The notes beneath the pieces are model-generated. The model saw only the letters and a program-made list of their open reading frames with translations. It was not told where the DNA came from and did no database searches. A stretch of DNA of 64,000 bases from Pseudomonadota bacterium (lineage in GTDB: Bacteria; Pseudomonadota; Alphaproteobacteria; SHVP01): positions 6,682 to 70,681 of the forward strand of contig JAQBYN010000002.1 in NCBI GenBank assembly GCA_027622715.1, given 5' to 3'. Made by a program: the position numbers and the translations under genes. Of this stretch, positions 27,674-38,248 are shown in pieces (position 1 is the stretch's first letter; each line of letters begins with the position of its first letter).

Positions 27674-29088
27674 GCGGTATTGTTCAGATGTCATTGACCG
27701 AGGTCGCCGACGCGATCCGGTCAAAAAAAATCTCTGCCGTTGAGGCGACGCAAGCCTGTATCGATCAGATCGACAAGTGGCAGCCCAAGGTCAACGCCTT
27801 CGTGACGTACGATCCTGACGGCGCGCTCAGCCAGGCCAAGCAAGCCGACGCGGACCTTGCCAAGGGCAACGCGCGCGGGCCGCTGCACGGCGTGCCGCTG
27901 GCGCATAAAGATCTGTTCTATCGCAAGGGCACGCGCATCACCTGCGCGTCGAAAATCCTTGGCAACCTGACGGCAGACTATGACGCCACCGTCTTGCGCC
28001 GGCTGGCCGATGCAGGGGCGGTGCACCTCGGCGGCTTGAACATGTCGGAACTGGCGATGGGGGCGGCAGGTCGCAACGAACATTTCGGGCATTGCCGCAA
28101 CCCGTGGAACCCCGATCACATCACCGGCGGCTCGTCGTCGGGCTCGGGCGCGTCGGTCGCGGCGCACATGGTGTTTGGCGCGCTGGGCACCGACACCGGC
28201 GGCTCGATCCGCATTCCCTCGGCGATGTGCGGCGTCGTCGGCATCAAGGGGACATTCGGCCGGGTCAGCCGGCGCGGCGTGATGCCGTTGTCCTATTCGC
28301 TCGACAATGCCGGCCCGATGACGCGCACCGTGAAAGACTGCGCGCGCATGTTCGGCATCGTGGCCGGTGTCGATCCCGACGATCCGTCGACGGCAAACGA
28401 GCCGGTGCCCGACTACGAAGCAGGGCTTGCGAAGGCCAACGTAAAGGGCCTGCGCATCGGGGTGCCGACCAGCTACTTCTACGACGATGCCGCACCGTCG
28501 GTTCGCCAAGCCGTCGAGGCAGCGCTCGAGGTATACCGCGCGCAAGGCGCCATCATTGTGGATGTCGACATTCCTGATCAGGAGATCTTGCGCGACCTGT
28601 GCAACGTCGTGTTGAAAGTCGAGGCGGCCAACATTCATGCCGACTGGTTGCGCACCCGAACCAACGAGTATTCGACGGAGGTCCGCTCGCGCATCGAAGG
28701 TGGGCTCTACATTCCTGGCGTGCGGTATCTCCAGGCGCAGCGGTTGCGCGGCGAACACGTGAAGGCGTTCTGCGACCAAGTTTTCGACAAATGCGACGTG
28801 CTCCACACCCCAGGTCTGCCGATCGAGGTGCCGACGCTTGCCGACACCGATGCGGCCGTGGGCAAGAACGCGTTGGCCATCAACGAAAAACTGGCTTGGT
28901 GCACGCGCGGTCTCAATTATTTGGGGCTGCCGGGTTTGTCAGTGCCGTGCGGCTTCTCCGCTAACGGATTGCCGGTGAGCCAGCAGCTGATCGGCCCGCC
29001 GTTCTCGGAGGACCTGCTGTTCGAGGTCGGCCACGCCTATCAGCGTGAAACCGATTGGCACACGATGGCACCCGGTCTGCCGGGGTAG
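27670..29088 (+). CDS. Amidase signature family enzyme
   Basis: GPLHGVPLAHKD, GGSSSGSGA, GTDTGGSIRIPS (Lys-cisSer-Ser triad). Confidence 0.95.
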   Translation: MSGIVQMSLTEVADAIRSKKISAVEATQACIDQIDKWQPKVNAFVTYDPDGALSQAKQADADLAKGNARGPLHGVPLAHKDLFYRKGTRITCASKILGNLTADYDATVLRRLADAGAVHLGGLNMSELAMGAAGRNEHFGHCRNPWNPDHITGGSSSGSGASVAAHMVFGALGTDTGGSIRIPSAMCGVVGIKGTFGRVSRRGVMPLSYSLDNAGPMTRTVKDCARMFGIVAGVDPDDPSTANEPVPDYEAGLAKANVKGLRIGVPTSYFYDDAAPSVRQAVEAALEVYRAQGAIIVDVDIPDQEILRDLCNVVLKVEAANIHADWLRTRTNEYSTEVRSRIEGGLYIPGVRYLQAQRLRGEHVKAFCDQVFDKCDVLHTPGLPIEVPTLADTDAAVGKNALAINEKLAWCTRGLNYLGLPGLSVPCGFSANGLPVSQQLIGPPFSEDLLFEVGHAYQRETDWHTMAPGLPG

Positions 29089-29411
29089 CTCAGATATCCT
29101 GTTCGCTGACCGCAGAAATGGCTGTATCTTTTCGACGGTAGTAGATCACTTCGGAGTCCCGAATGGGGCCGACAGTACTCTTCGATAAGTCGTTTCTTCA
29201 ATCATTGAGCTTGGACGAATCAGTTTGGTTCGACCACTTCTTCCTGAGCGTAGTGTCACCGATATTCTATGTAGAGACCCTGGCGGACTTAGCGAAAAAG
29301 GACTCGGCTAGGAGGGCAGAGGACGAAGTAAGAATAATAGCGTCGAAGTTTCCAGAACTAGGAGGGACTCCCTGCGCCCACCGGTTGACGTGCCCCCCGT
29401 TATGTCCTCAT

Positions 29412-30269
29412 TCATAAGTTAGCTCTGTTCCTGTTTCGGTCCTGTTTGGACCGGGTTGCGAACTCGTGTGGGGTGAGCCCATCGAGGCTCGTGTGGGGTC
29501 GGTTCAGATTGTAGTCGGTCCTCCATGCGTCGATAAGTTCCCGGGCCCGACGCAGGGTTGGGAACAGATGTTCGTTGAGGCATTCGTCACGCAGCCGGCC
29601 GTTGAACGACTCGACGAACCCATTCTGCATCGGTTTGCCCGGTGCGATGTAGTGCCATTCAACACCACGGTCCTGCTGCCAGGCGAGGATCGCATTGGCG
29701 GTCAGCTCGGTGCCGTTGTCGCTCACCACCATGCAGGGATAGCCCCGACGCTCGGCGATGGCGTCCAACTCGCGCGCTACCCGATCCCCGGTCAGCGAGG
29801 TATCGACCACCGTCGCCAGGCACTCCCGGCTGAAGTCGTCGATCACACACAGGATGCGGAAGCGTCTGCCGTCGCTCAGCGTGTCGGCAACGAAGTCGAG
29901 GCTCCAGCGCTGGTTGGGGTCCTGCGGGATCGCCATCGGCGCCCTGGTCCCCAGAGCCCGCTTGCGGCCACCCCGCCGGCGCACCGTAAGCCGCTCTTCC
30001 TTGTAGAGCCGATACAGCTTCTTGCGGTTCACCGTCACCCCCTCGCGCTTCAGCAGTAGGTGCAGACGTCGGTAGCCGAACCGTCGTCGCTCGGTCGCCA
30101 GCTCCCGCAACCGCTGTCGCAGCCCGGCATCGTCCGGGCGCATCGACCGGTAGCGGTAGACCCGTGGGTCGATCCCCACCAGGCCACAGCCCCGGCGCTG
30201 CGAGTATCCTCTGTCATCGATCGCCCAGCTCACGGCACGTCTCCTTGAGCCAGGCGTTAGAAGTTTTTT
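29412..30269 (-). CDS. IS3 transposase OrfB (DDE integrase core), reached by -1 frameshift
   Basis: [61 protein letters not shown]; A-AAA-AAC slip site at ~30263-30269. Confidence 0.93.
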   Translation of the reverse strand, partial: KKLLTPGSRRRAVSWAIDDRGYSQRRGCGLVGIDPRVYRYRSMRPDDAGLRQRLRELATERRRFGYRRLHLLLKREGVTVNRKKLYRLYKEERLTVRRRGGRKRALGTRAPMAIPQDPNQRWSLDFVADTLSDGRRFRILCVIDDFSRECLATVVDTSLTGDRVARELDAIAERRGYPCMVVSDNGTELTANAILAWQQDRGVEWHYIAPGKPMQNGFVESFNGRLRDECLNEHLFPTLRRARELIDAWRTDYNLNRPHTSLDGLTPHEFATRSKQDRNRNRANL

Positions 30270-30523
30270 GTCAGCATCTCTTTCAGCGTGGCGTTGTCCA
30301 TCACCGACTCTGCCAGCAGCGTCTTCAGACGGCGGTTCTCATCTTCCAGCGCCCGAAGCCGCTTCGCCTCGGACACTTCCAGCCCGCCGTACTTCTTGCG
30401 CCACGTGTAGAAGGTCGCATCGCTGATGCCGTGCTTGCGGCACAACTCACTCGCCGACAGTCCCGCGGCGTGCTCCTTCAGGATCCCGATGATCTGTTCT
30501 TCTGTGTACCTGCTGCGCTTCAT
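30257..30523 (-). CDS. IS3 transposase OrfA (HTH)
   Basis: [17 protein letters not shown]...[21 protein letters not shown]...LEDENRRLK. Confidence 0.95.
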   Translation of the reverse strand: MKRSRYTEEQIIGILKEHAAGLSASELCRKHGISDATFYTWRKKYGGLEVSEAKRLRALEDENRRLKTLLAESVMDNATLKEMLTKNF

Positions 30524-31618
30524 CGCCTGTCTCCTCTCATGAAGAACAGGCTAACTTCAAATCGGGGACAATTCAGGGGGGCACGTCACACTCAACCTTG
30601 GTGATTGGTGACCTGCTGGGGTACGCGGCTCCACTAACCGGTCAGATTCCAATGGCCGGGGGGAGAGTAGTGGATGAAGGAGGTCGACGTGGCGTTGTTT
30701 ACGATCAAAGTCCCGAAGCAGCGGCATTTGACCGGTGGCAGCATGAGCAATTTGAGTTGGTGGAAAGGGAATTTGCGAATGTCTGGCGAGAAGCACTCGA
30801 AACGCACGATTTGAACGAGATCGCTCGCTCACTCCGCAAGTTTGGCATTGACGGAAAATCCTTTGAGTCTCTGGGTGCCATCGCCGCAGAAGCCGAACGC
30901 TTACTTGACCCCAATGATCGGACCTTTGGGCCACTAAGCTTCGCGGTCAATGCTATGGGCGTCCCGCGTAATTACCATTCACGTATCAGCGAAAGGTGGA
31001 AGGGATTGGGTAAACCCTCGCTCAAGGCATTTTCTCCCTACGCCGCGTTCGTTTCCAAAGTGGAGTTGTTCTTTCAAATTGCATTGGGAGCGAGTCAGAT
31101 ATCTTCTGATCGCCCGTCGAACCGCCTAGATATTGCCTACCTATACTATCTGCCGTTTTGCCACCTGTTCGTTTCCTCAGACCGATTACATCAGCGTTGC
31201 GCTACTCATTTTCTCCGAGAGAATCAGAAGTTCGTTTGGGGTCAGGAACTAAAGGCCGACCTAGCGCGGCTGCAGTCCCACTTCTTGTCGCTTCCGGAGG
31301 CCACAAGGGATGAGGGAATTATGCGGTTTGCTCCCCGCCCGCCGACTTCGGGCGACTTCCTCACATCGAAACTTTGGGATCACATATTTGGAGCCGACTA
31401 CTGGCGTGACGAGGAAGTTGTCTCGCCGGAATCTATGAATCCAGCTCAATCGAAAAAGTTGGTGGATCAACTCATCAAGTTCAGCGAGGCGCCGGCCGCA
31501 CCGAGCCAAAGTCTAGCGGGGGAACCTGACGCGATATCGGTTGCCCGCCATGTTAGGAAGAAGAGAGGTTCTTGGTGGCAACTCCCGAAGGATTTTGAGC
31601 CAGACCAGAAATGATCTC

Positions 31619-33436
31619 TCAACTCGCCTCGCGCATCGCTTTCTTGCGTTCGTGGATTTCGCGCAGCTTCTTGCGCAGGCGAATCGCTTTGGGCGTGACC
31701 TCGACCAGCTCGTCGTCCGAAATATACGCAACGGCCTCTTCGAGGCTCATGCGCCGCGGCGCCGTCAGGCGGACGGCTTCGTCCTTGCCGGCGGCACGGA
31801 TGTTGGTGAGCTGCTTTGCCTTGAGCGGGTTCACGTCGAGATCGTTGCCGCGGGTATGCTCGCCGATGATCATGCCGCGGTAGACATCGACCCCAGGCTC
31901 GATGAACAGGGTGCCGCGGGCTTCGAGGTTCCATAGCGCGAAGGGGACAGATTTGCCGTCATCCATCGAGACCAAGACGCCGTTGCGGTACGAATCGATC
32001 GTCCCCTTGTGCGGCGCGTAGGAATGAAAGACGCGGTTCATTACCCCGGTGCCGCGCGTGTCGGTCAAGAATTCCCCGTGATAGCCGATCAACCCGCGCG
32101 AGGGTGCGAGAAAGCCGAGACGGTGTTTGCCGCCGGCAGTCGGTTTCATCTCGAGCAATTCGGCCTTGCGTTGGCTCATCTTTTCGACGACCACGCCGGC
32201 GTAATCGGAATCGACGTCGATCACGACCTCTTCGATCGGTTCCAGCGTCTTGCCGGTAACGGGGTCGTCTTGAAAGAGAACCCGTGGCCGGCTGATCGCG
32301 AGTTCAAAACCCTCGCGACGCATGGTTTCGATCAGGACGCCGATTTGGAGCTCGCCGCGACCCGCGACTTCGAATGAGTCCTTGCGTTCCGCTTCGCTGA
32401 CTTTGATCGCGACGTTGCCTTCGGATTCGCGCAGCAACCGGGCGCGCAACAAGCGCGACGTTACCTTGTCGCCGTCGCGGCCGGCCAAAGGTGAGTCGTT
32501 AATCGAAAACGTAACGGCAAGCGTCGGCGGATCCACCGGTTGCGTGGCGATCGGCGTGTTGACGGCGGGATCGCAGATGGTGTGCGCGACCGTGGCTTTG
32601 TCCAATCCGGCAATCGCGACAATATCGCCGGCCTCGGCGAACTCGAGCGGCACGCGTTCCAGACCGCGGAAGGCGAGCAACTTGGTCAGGCGGGTCTGCT
32701 CGATCTCTTTTCCGTCGATGGTCAACACTTTGGCGGTCATGTTCGCCCGCAACCGACCGGTATGGATACGCCCGGTAATGATGCGACCGAGGAAAGGATC
32801 GTATTCTAAGATCGTGGCCAACATGGCGAACGGCGCCTCGGCATCGCCGTTGGCGATCACGACACGTTCGACGATCAGGTCGAGGAGGGGGGCGATCTCT
32901 TCGCGTGGCCCGTCCAGCGTCATCGACGCCCAGCCCTGTTTGGCCGACGCATAGATGACGGGAAAATCCAATTGTTCTTCGCTGGCCCCGAGTGAGGCCA
33001 ACAGGTCGAACACTTCTTCATGGACGAAATCGGGGCGGGCGTCCGGCCGGTCGGTCTTGTTCAGGACAACGATCGGTTTGAGGCCGAGCTTGAGCGCCTT
33101 GCCCAGCACGAACTTGGTCTGTGGCATGACGCCTTCCGCGGCGTCGACCAACAGCAACACGCCGTCGACCATGCCCAAGATCCGCTCCACCTCGCCGCCG
33201 AAATCGGCGTGGCCCGGCGTATCCACCAGATTGATCCGTGTGTCGTGCCAAGCCACTGACGTGCACTTGGCCAGGATCGTGATACCCCGTTCGCGCTCCA
33301 GGTCGTTGGAATCCATCGCCCGGTCAGCAATCTGCTGATTGGCGCGGAAGGTGCCGCTTTGGCGCAATAGCGCGTCGATAAGGGTCGTCTTGCCGTGATC
33401 GACGTGGGCGATCACCGCAACATTGCGAAGGTCCAT
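31619..33436 (-). CDS. typA: Translational GTPase TypA/BipA
   Basis: [59 protein letters not shown]. Confidence 0.97.
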   Translation of the reverse strand: MDLRNVAVIAHVDHGKTTLIDALLRQSGTFRANQQIADRAMDSNDLERERGITILAKCTSVAWHDTRINLVDTPGHADFGGEVERILGMVDGVLLLVDAAEGVMPQTKFVLGKALKLGLKPIVVLNKTDRPDARPDFVHEEVFDLLASLGASEEQLDFPVIYASAKQGWASMTLDGPREEIAPLLDLIVERVVIANGDAEAPFAMLATILEYDPFLGRIITGRIHTGRLRANMTAKVLTIDGKEIEQTRLTKLLAFRGLERVPLEFAEAGDIVAIAGLDKATVAHTICDPAVNTPIATQPVDPPTLAVTFSINDSPLAGRDGDKVTSRLLRARLLRESEGNVAIKVSEAERKDSFEVAGRGELQIGVLIETMRREGFELAISRPRVLFQDDPVTGKTLEPIEEVVIDVDSDYAGVVVEKMSQRKAELLEMKPTAGGKHRLGFLAPSRGLIGYHGEFLTDTRGTGVMNRVFHSYAPHKGTIDSYRNGVLVSMDDGKSVPFALWNLEARGTLFIEPGVDVYRGMIIGEHTRGNDLDVNPLKAKQLTNIRAAGKDEAVRLTAPRRMSLEEAVAYISDDELVEVTPKAIRLRKKLREIHERKKAMREAS

Positions 33437-33582
33437 GAGCCTGTCCTAGGTGAGGGCCGGGAATATATGGCGGCTTTGGTGCACTGCACAAGGCGCGCGA
33501 CGGCGAATTGCTCGAAACTGCGCCGTGTGGCGAGACAAGCCGGGCGCGTGGCAGCTATGTTGGCCGTCTTTCACGCGATTTC

Positions 33583-34791
33583 ATGACTCCCTCAACCGCC
33601 AGAAAGCCGCCGGTCCCGTTGCTGCTGTCCGTCCAAGTCGGCGGAATCGTGGCGATTAACGTGTTTGCGCCGTCGATGCCGGACATCGCGCAGTCCCTCG
33701 ATACCTCGGCGACGGCGGTGCAGTGGACGATTACGGTGTTTCTCATCGGGTTTTCGGCCGGGCAACTCGTCTATGGCCCGATTTCAGACCGATTGGGGCG
33801 CCGCTCGGTCCTTTTTGGCGGAATGTTCCTGTTTTTGGTGGCGAACGCCGCGTGCGCCGCGGCGGCGACGATCGATTGGCTGCTGGCGGCTCGCCTGGTC
33901 CAGGGGTTCGGGGCGTGCTGTGGCAGCGTCCTGATGCGGGCGATCGTGCGCGACCTGTATGACCGAGACGACGCGGTCCGGATCATGAGTTATTTGGCGG
34001 TCGGTGCCGGCATTACGGCAGCCGTTGCACCGTCCATCGGGAGCGCGCTGATCGTTTTCGGCTGGCGCGCGAATTTTTGGTTTCTCGCGGTGGCAGCGGC
34101 GCTGCCGATGATGCTGGCCTATTTGTGGTTGCCCGAGACCCTCCCGCCGGAACGGCGCTTGTCGGGTCGCCGTGGCACGGTGCTGGGCGCCTATGCGACC
34201 CTATTCCGCTCGCGAACGTTCTTGGGGTATGGCCTGTTGATCGGTAGCGTCAACGCCCAATTCTTTGCCTTCATCGCCGGGGCGCCGTTCGTTCTGATCG
34301 GTGTCATGGGCATTCCGGCAGAGGCCTTTGGCCTTCTTATGTTGATGTCGACCGGCGGTTTTCTCGTCGGCAGCCTGATCGTGGCCCGACTCGCCGGGCG
34401 GATAGCCCCGCATCGCATTATTGCGATCGGCGCGATTGTCGTCTTCATGTCGATCGCGGCGCTGCTGGTTCTTGCGCTGATCGGGCTAAACAGCGTTGCC
34501 GCGATTATGCTGCCGATGTTCGTTCAAGGTGCGGCCAGCGGGTTCGTGTTTCCACCGGCGATGGCGCTCGGTGTCGGGGCACACCCGCGCATTGCCGGGA
34601 CTGCGTCGGGCACGCTTGGCGTGTTTCAAATGGGCAGCGCCGCGTTGGCTACTTTCATCGCCAGTCTGTTTGTCCATAACAGCATTATCCCGGTCGCGAT
34701 AATCATGTTCGTGCTCGCGGCAATCGGCGTTGCGGCGTTGCGGCTCATCGGCGTTTCGTCGCACCGCCGCGATGACACGGCGCCGGGATGA
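33583..34791 (+). CDS. Bcr/CflA family MFS efflux transporter 1
   Basis: 12 TM; VYGPISDRLGRR, ARLVQG, RAIVRDLY, LPET, AGTASG. Confidence 0.9.
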   Translation: MTPSTARKPPVPLLLSVQVGGIVAINVFAPSMPDIAQSLDTSATAVQWTITVFLIGFSAGQLVYGPISDRLGRRSVLFGGMFLFLVANAACAAAATIDWLLAARLVQGFGACCGSVLMRAIVRDLYDRDDAVRIMSYLAVGAGITAAVAPSIGSALIVFGWRANFWFLAVAAALPMMLAYLWLPETLPPERRLSGRRGTVLGAYATLFRSRTFLGYGLLIGSVNAQFFAFIAGAPFVLIGVMGIPAEAFGLLMLMSTGGFLVGSLIVARLAGRIAPHRIIAIGAIVVFMSIAALLVLALIGLNSVAAIMLPMFVQGAASGFVFPPAMALGVGAHPRIAGTASGTLGVFQMGSAALATFIASLFVHNSIIPVAIIMFVLAAIGVAALRLIGVSSHRRDDTAPG

Positions 34792-35990
34792 GCGATTCAG
34801 AAACCCGCCGCTACACGTTGGCGCTTCTACTGGCGCTGACGGGTACTTCGGCATTCTCCCTGCAGTTCTTTGTGCCGGCGATGCCTGCGCTGGTCGGGAT
34901 TTTCGAGACGACACCGGCGATGGTGCAACTGACCCTGACTCTGTTCTTGGCGGCTTACGGAATCTTTCAAGCCATCTATGGCCCGCTGTCGGACCGGTTC
35001 GGGCGCAAGCCGGTACTCGTCGCGGCCATTACAATTTACATCGCCGGATCTTTTCTCGGCGCGGCGGCGCTTAGCATCGAGATGGTGATCATTGCCCGTG
35101 TCCTGCAGGCGGTCGGGGCTGCGGCGGGTTTCGTATTGGTGCCGGCGATCGCCCGCGATGTTTACGGGCGCGACGGCGCGCCGCGCGCGATGGGTTACAT
35201 CAGTATGACCAACGGATTCATTTCGGCGGCTGGTCCGTTGGTCGGCGGCTTAATTCACCAATATGCCGGATGGCGTTACGGCCTGATGGCGACCGGGGCG
35301 CTTGGCGTCACGATGTTGCTCTTCACCGTGCTCTATTTGCGCGAGAGCGGCACCGTTATTCGGCAGCGCGTCGCAATCGCGGTCTTAGCGCGGGGATATG
35401 CCGCGCTGGCAAAGACCCGCGGGTTCATGGGCTACGTCTTGTCCGTCGCGTCGGTCAACGGTGTTTTTTATGCGTTTCTTGCCGGCGCTGCGTTCGTCGC
35501 GATCGAGAACCTTGGCGTATCGCCGTCGGGTTTTGGGTTGTTGATGGTTCCGGCTGTCGCGATGTTCATGACCGCCTCCTTCTTCAGCGACCGGTTGGCG
35601 CGCCGGATCGGCACCACCCGGGTCATTCTCATTGGTACGCTCTTCACGGCGACCGGCGCCGTTGGTTTGCTCGTGGTCTCATTGGCCGGACACCAGAGCG
35701 TCACGGCATTGCTGATCGCCAGCGCCTTTATGGGCTTGGGCAACGGTCAAGTCCTGCCGGCGTGCATTTCCGAAGCGGTAAGCGTCGAGCCTCGGTTGGC
35801 AGGGACAGCATCGGCGTGGCTGGGCGTCAGTCAGATGGCGGTGGCGGCAGCCGCCAGCCAGATATATGGGTTCATCCATGACGGGACGACGCTCCCGGTT
35901 GCTCTATTAATGACAATCCTCGCAGGGGGCGCCCTGGGGGGTTGGGTTCTGATCGCCCGACGCAACGTTGCACCGGCGACCAGCGCGTGA
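34788..35990 (+). CDS. Bcr/CflA family MFS efflux transporter 2
   Basis: YGPLSDRFGRKPV, ARVLQAVG, AIARDVY; ATGA overlap. Confidence 0.9.
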   Translation: MSDSETRRYTLALLLALTGTSAFSLQFFVPAMPALVGIFETTPAMVQLTLTLFLAAYGIFQAIYGPLSDRFGRKPVLVAAITIYIAGSFLGAAALSIEMVIIARVLQAVGAAAGFVLVPAIARDVYGRDGAPRAMGYISMTNGFISAAGPLVGGLIHQYAGWRYGLMATGALGVTMLLFTVLYLRESGTVIRQRVAIAVLARGYAALAKTRGFMGYVLSVASVNGVFYAFLAGAAFVAIENLGVSPSGFGLLMVPAVAMFMTASFFSDRLARRIGTTRVILIGTLFTATGAVGLLVVSLAGHQSVTALLIASAFMGLGNGQVLPACISEAVSVEPRLAGTASAWLGVSQMAVAAAASQIYGFIHDGTTLPVALLMTILAGGALGGWVLIARRNVAPATSA

Positions 35991-36044
35991 TCGCTGCGGC
36001 GAAAGGACTACTTTGCCCTTGGATCATTGCCTAAAGTCCCCGCG

Positions 36045-37250
36045 ATGCTGAACGCGCCGCCCGAACACCGCTACACCTTGATCTTGATGCTGACGATTAA
36101 CGCGGTGTCGATCGTGGCGATGCAGTTCATCGTGCCGGCGATGCCTGACCTCGTCGGCGAGTTCGCGACAACGCCCGCCATGGTCCAGCTCACGTTGACA
36201 ATGTTCATGCTGGGCTATGCGGTATTTCAGATCGCTTACGGCCCGCTGTCCGATCGGTACGGTCGCAAAGGCGTGGTGATGTGGGCGACGCTCGTTTTTA
36301 TCGCGGGCTCATTTCTTGGGGCCGTGGCGCCGTCGATCGAAGTGCTGGTTATCGCGCGTGTCCTGCAGTCGGTGGGTGCGGCGGCCGGCTTTGTTCTGCC
36401 GCCCGCGGTCGCGCGCGATATTTACGGTCACGACGGCGCGCCGCGCGCGATCGGTTGGATCAGCATCAGCGCCGGTCTCGCGGCATTATCGGCGCCCTAT
36501 TTTGGCGGACTCATCCACGAAACCGCGGGATGGCGCTGGGGTATGGGTTTTAACGGTGTTCTCGGGATTGCTATTTTGGTGGCTTGCGGTTTGTTGCTGG
36601 CAGAGAGCCATCCGATCGCACGGCGACAGTCCGTGGGTTTCGCTGGTTTGGCACGCGGTTACGCTGCCCTGGCGCGCTCGCGGCGCTTCATGGGTTATCT
36701 ATTGGCGACGGCCTTCGTGAATGGCGCGTTCTATGCGTTCTTCGCTGGCGGTACTTTTGTGGCAATCCAGATTCTCGGCCTGTCGCCGTCGCAATTCGGC
36801 TTGCTGACCATTCCCGTTGTCGCGCTATTCTTGCCCAGCGCCTATCTCAGCGTGCGCATGGCCGCACGCTTCGGGTCGACCCGGATCATTGCGCTTGGCA
36901 CCCTCACGACTGCGGCGGGGTCGATTGGATTGTTGTTTGTCGCGTTGTCGGGCAACGTAAGTGTGCCCGCGATTCTGGTCGCTAGCGCCCTATTAGGCTG
37001 GGGCAACGGTCAAGTGATCCCCAATGCGACCGCGGCTGCCGTCAACCTATTTCCGAAACTTGCGGGCACAGCGTCCGCCAGCCTCGGTACGGCCCAAATG
37101 GGCATGGGGGCGGTGGCGAGTTTGCTGTTCGGATTGTTGCATGACGGTACTTCAACCCCGATGGCGGCGCTGATGGCGGTCATGGGTCTCGCCGCCGTGC
37201 TGTCGTGCGGGCTGATCATAGCCGCACGCCGCCGTCCCGCCGTGGCGTAA
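36045..37250 (+). CDS. Bcr/CflA family MFS efflux transporter 3
   Basis: YGPLSDRYGRK, ARVLQSVG; close paralog of transporter 2. Confidence 0.9.
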   Translation: MLNAPPEHRYTLILMLTINAVSIVAMQFIVPAMPDLVGEFATTPAMVQLTLTMFMLGYAVFQIAYGPLSDRYGRKGVVMWATLVFIAGSFLGAVAPSIEVLVIARVLQSVGAAAGFVLPPAVARDIYGHDGAPRAIGWISISAGLAALSAPYFGGLIHETAGWRWGMGFNGVLGIAILVACGLLLAESHPIARRQSVGFAGLARGYAALARSRRFMGYLLATAFVNGAFYAFFAGGTFVAIQILGLSPSQFGLLTIPVVALFLPSAYLSVRMAARFGSTRIIALGTLTTAAGSIGLLFVALSGNVSVPAILVASALLGWGNGQVIPNATAAAVNLFPKLAGTASASLGTAQMGMGAVASLLFGLLHDGTSTPMAALMAVMGLAAVLSCGLIIAARRRPAVA

Positions 37251-37275
37251 CTTGATCGGTAAAAAAGGAGGCGAC

Positions 37276-38217
37276 ATGACATATCTCGTGACCGGCGGCA
37301 CCGGGTTTATCGGCTCTTGGGTGGTCAAGTCGTTGCTGGAACGCGGGCACAAAGTTGTCGCCTTCGACCTGGTGCCCGGACGTCACGCCCTCGATCCCGT
37401 GGTCGGCGAGCGGGCCGATGAAGTGACGATCGTGCAGGGCGATTTTACCCAGATGCACCGCGTGCTCGAAACAGTGCGCGAACACAAGATCACCCACATC
37501 GCGCATATTGCCGCCGCTGGCCTCAATTTGTGCAATGCGAACCCGGCGCATGCCGTTCATGTCAACGGTGTCGGCTTTGCGAGCATGCTCGAGGTCTGCC
37601 GCACGATGGATATCGAGCGGATGGTGTGGGCCAGTTCGGCGGGCGTGTTCGGCGGCAGCTGGGGGAGCAAAGCGGTGCCCAATGACGCCCCGTTCCAACC
37701 GCGCAACGTCTACGCCGGGCTCAAGGTCTTGGGCGAAACGCTGGCCGCGCAGTATCACGCGACCTATGGGACCGACGTGATCGGCCTGCGCTACACTTTC
37801 GTTAACGGACATGGCATGCCCAATCATCAAGGCGGCCAGATGATCCGCGAACTTTGCGAAAAGACCGCGCTCGGTCAGCCCGCGCAGGTGCCGTGGGGCG
37901 AAGATTCGCCCGATTGGCTGTGGGGCGGGGACGCGGGCGAGGCGACCGCCTTGGCGCTTGAAGCGGCGCCGACAAAATCGCGGGCCTTTAACGTGCCGGG
38001 CGATCACGCGCCGATGACCCGCGCGGTCGAATACGTGAAGTCACTTTTGCCCGACGCCGACATCACGCTGAAGGCGGGCAAGATGGGCTTCAACCGGTTC
38101 GACGGGTCGGTCACCGAGAAGGAAATCGGCTACAAGCCGAAGTGGACCATGGAAATGCAGCTGCGCGAACGTATCAACCGCGTGCGCCAAGAACACGGAT
38201 TGCCGCTGGTCGGGTAA
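37276..38217 (+). CDS. NAD-dependent epimerase/dehydratase (extended SDR)
   Basis: AGGAGG RBS; VTGGTGFIG, ASSAGVFG, YAGLK. Confidence 0.9.
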   Translation: MTYLVTGGTGFIGSWVVKSLLERGHKVVAFDLVPGRHALDPVVGERADEVTIVQGDFTQMHRVLETVREHKITHIAHIAAAGLNLCNANPAHAVHVNGVGFASMLEVCRTMDIERMVWASSAGVFGGSWGSKAVPNDAPFQPRNVYAGLKVLGETLAAQYHATYGTDVIGLRYTFVNGHGMPNHQGGQMIRELCEKTALGQPAQVPWGEDSPDWLWGGDAGEATALALEAAPTKSRAFNVPGDHAPMTRAVEYVKSLLPDADITLKAGKMGFNRFDGSVTEKEIGYKPKWTMEMQLRERINRVRQEHGLPLVG

Positions 38218-38248
38218 TCTCATCGCCACCTCGGAACCATCGAAGACA

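Larger units (their letters stand above)
29386..30588 (-). mobile_element. IS3 family insertion sequence (IS407-group-like), 1203 bp
   Basis: TG...CA ends; 13-bp perfect and ~38-bp imperfect terminal IRs (TGACGTGCCCCCC...AAGTTAGC); orfA/orfB with slippery site. Confidence 0.95.
29163..31614 (+). pseudogene. IS-disrupted ~414-aa hypothetical gene (possible PIN-like nuclease); fragments 29163-29381 and 30589-31614
   Basis: Removing 29382-30588 rejoins one frame (...GGTPCAH-HSTLVIGDLLG...); AT-richer than its flanks (27/60 G+C in 29161-29220). Confidence 0.8.

Noticed and set aside
27455-29088. gatC-gatA assignment
   Set aside because: No gatB follows and the context is catabolic; treated as a generic amidase with a small partner.
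30257-30270. Frameshift between orfA and orfB as pseudogenisation
   Set aside because: It is the standard IS3 programmed -1 frameshift at A-AAA-AAC.
29089-31618. Integrative island or prophage around the AT-richer gene
   Set aside because: No integrase, tRNA, att-like repeats or phage genes are visible.
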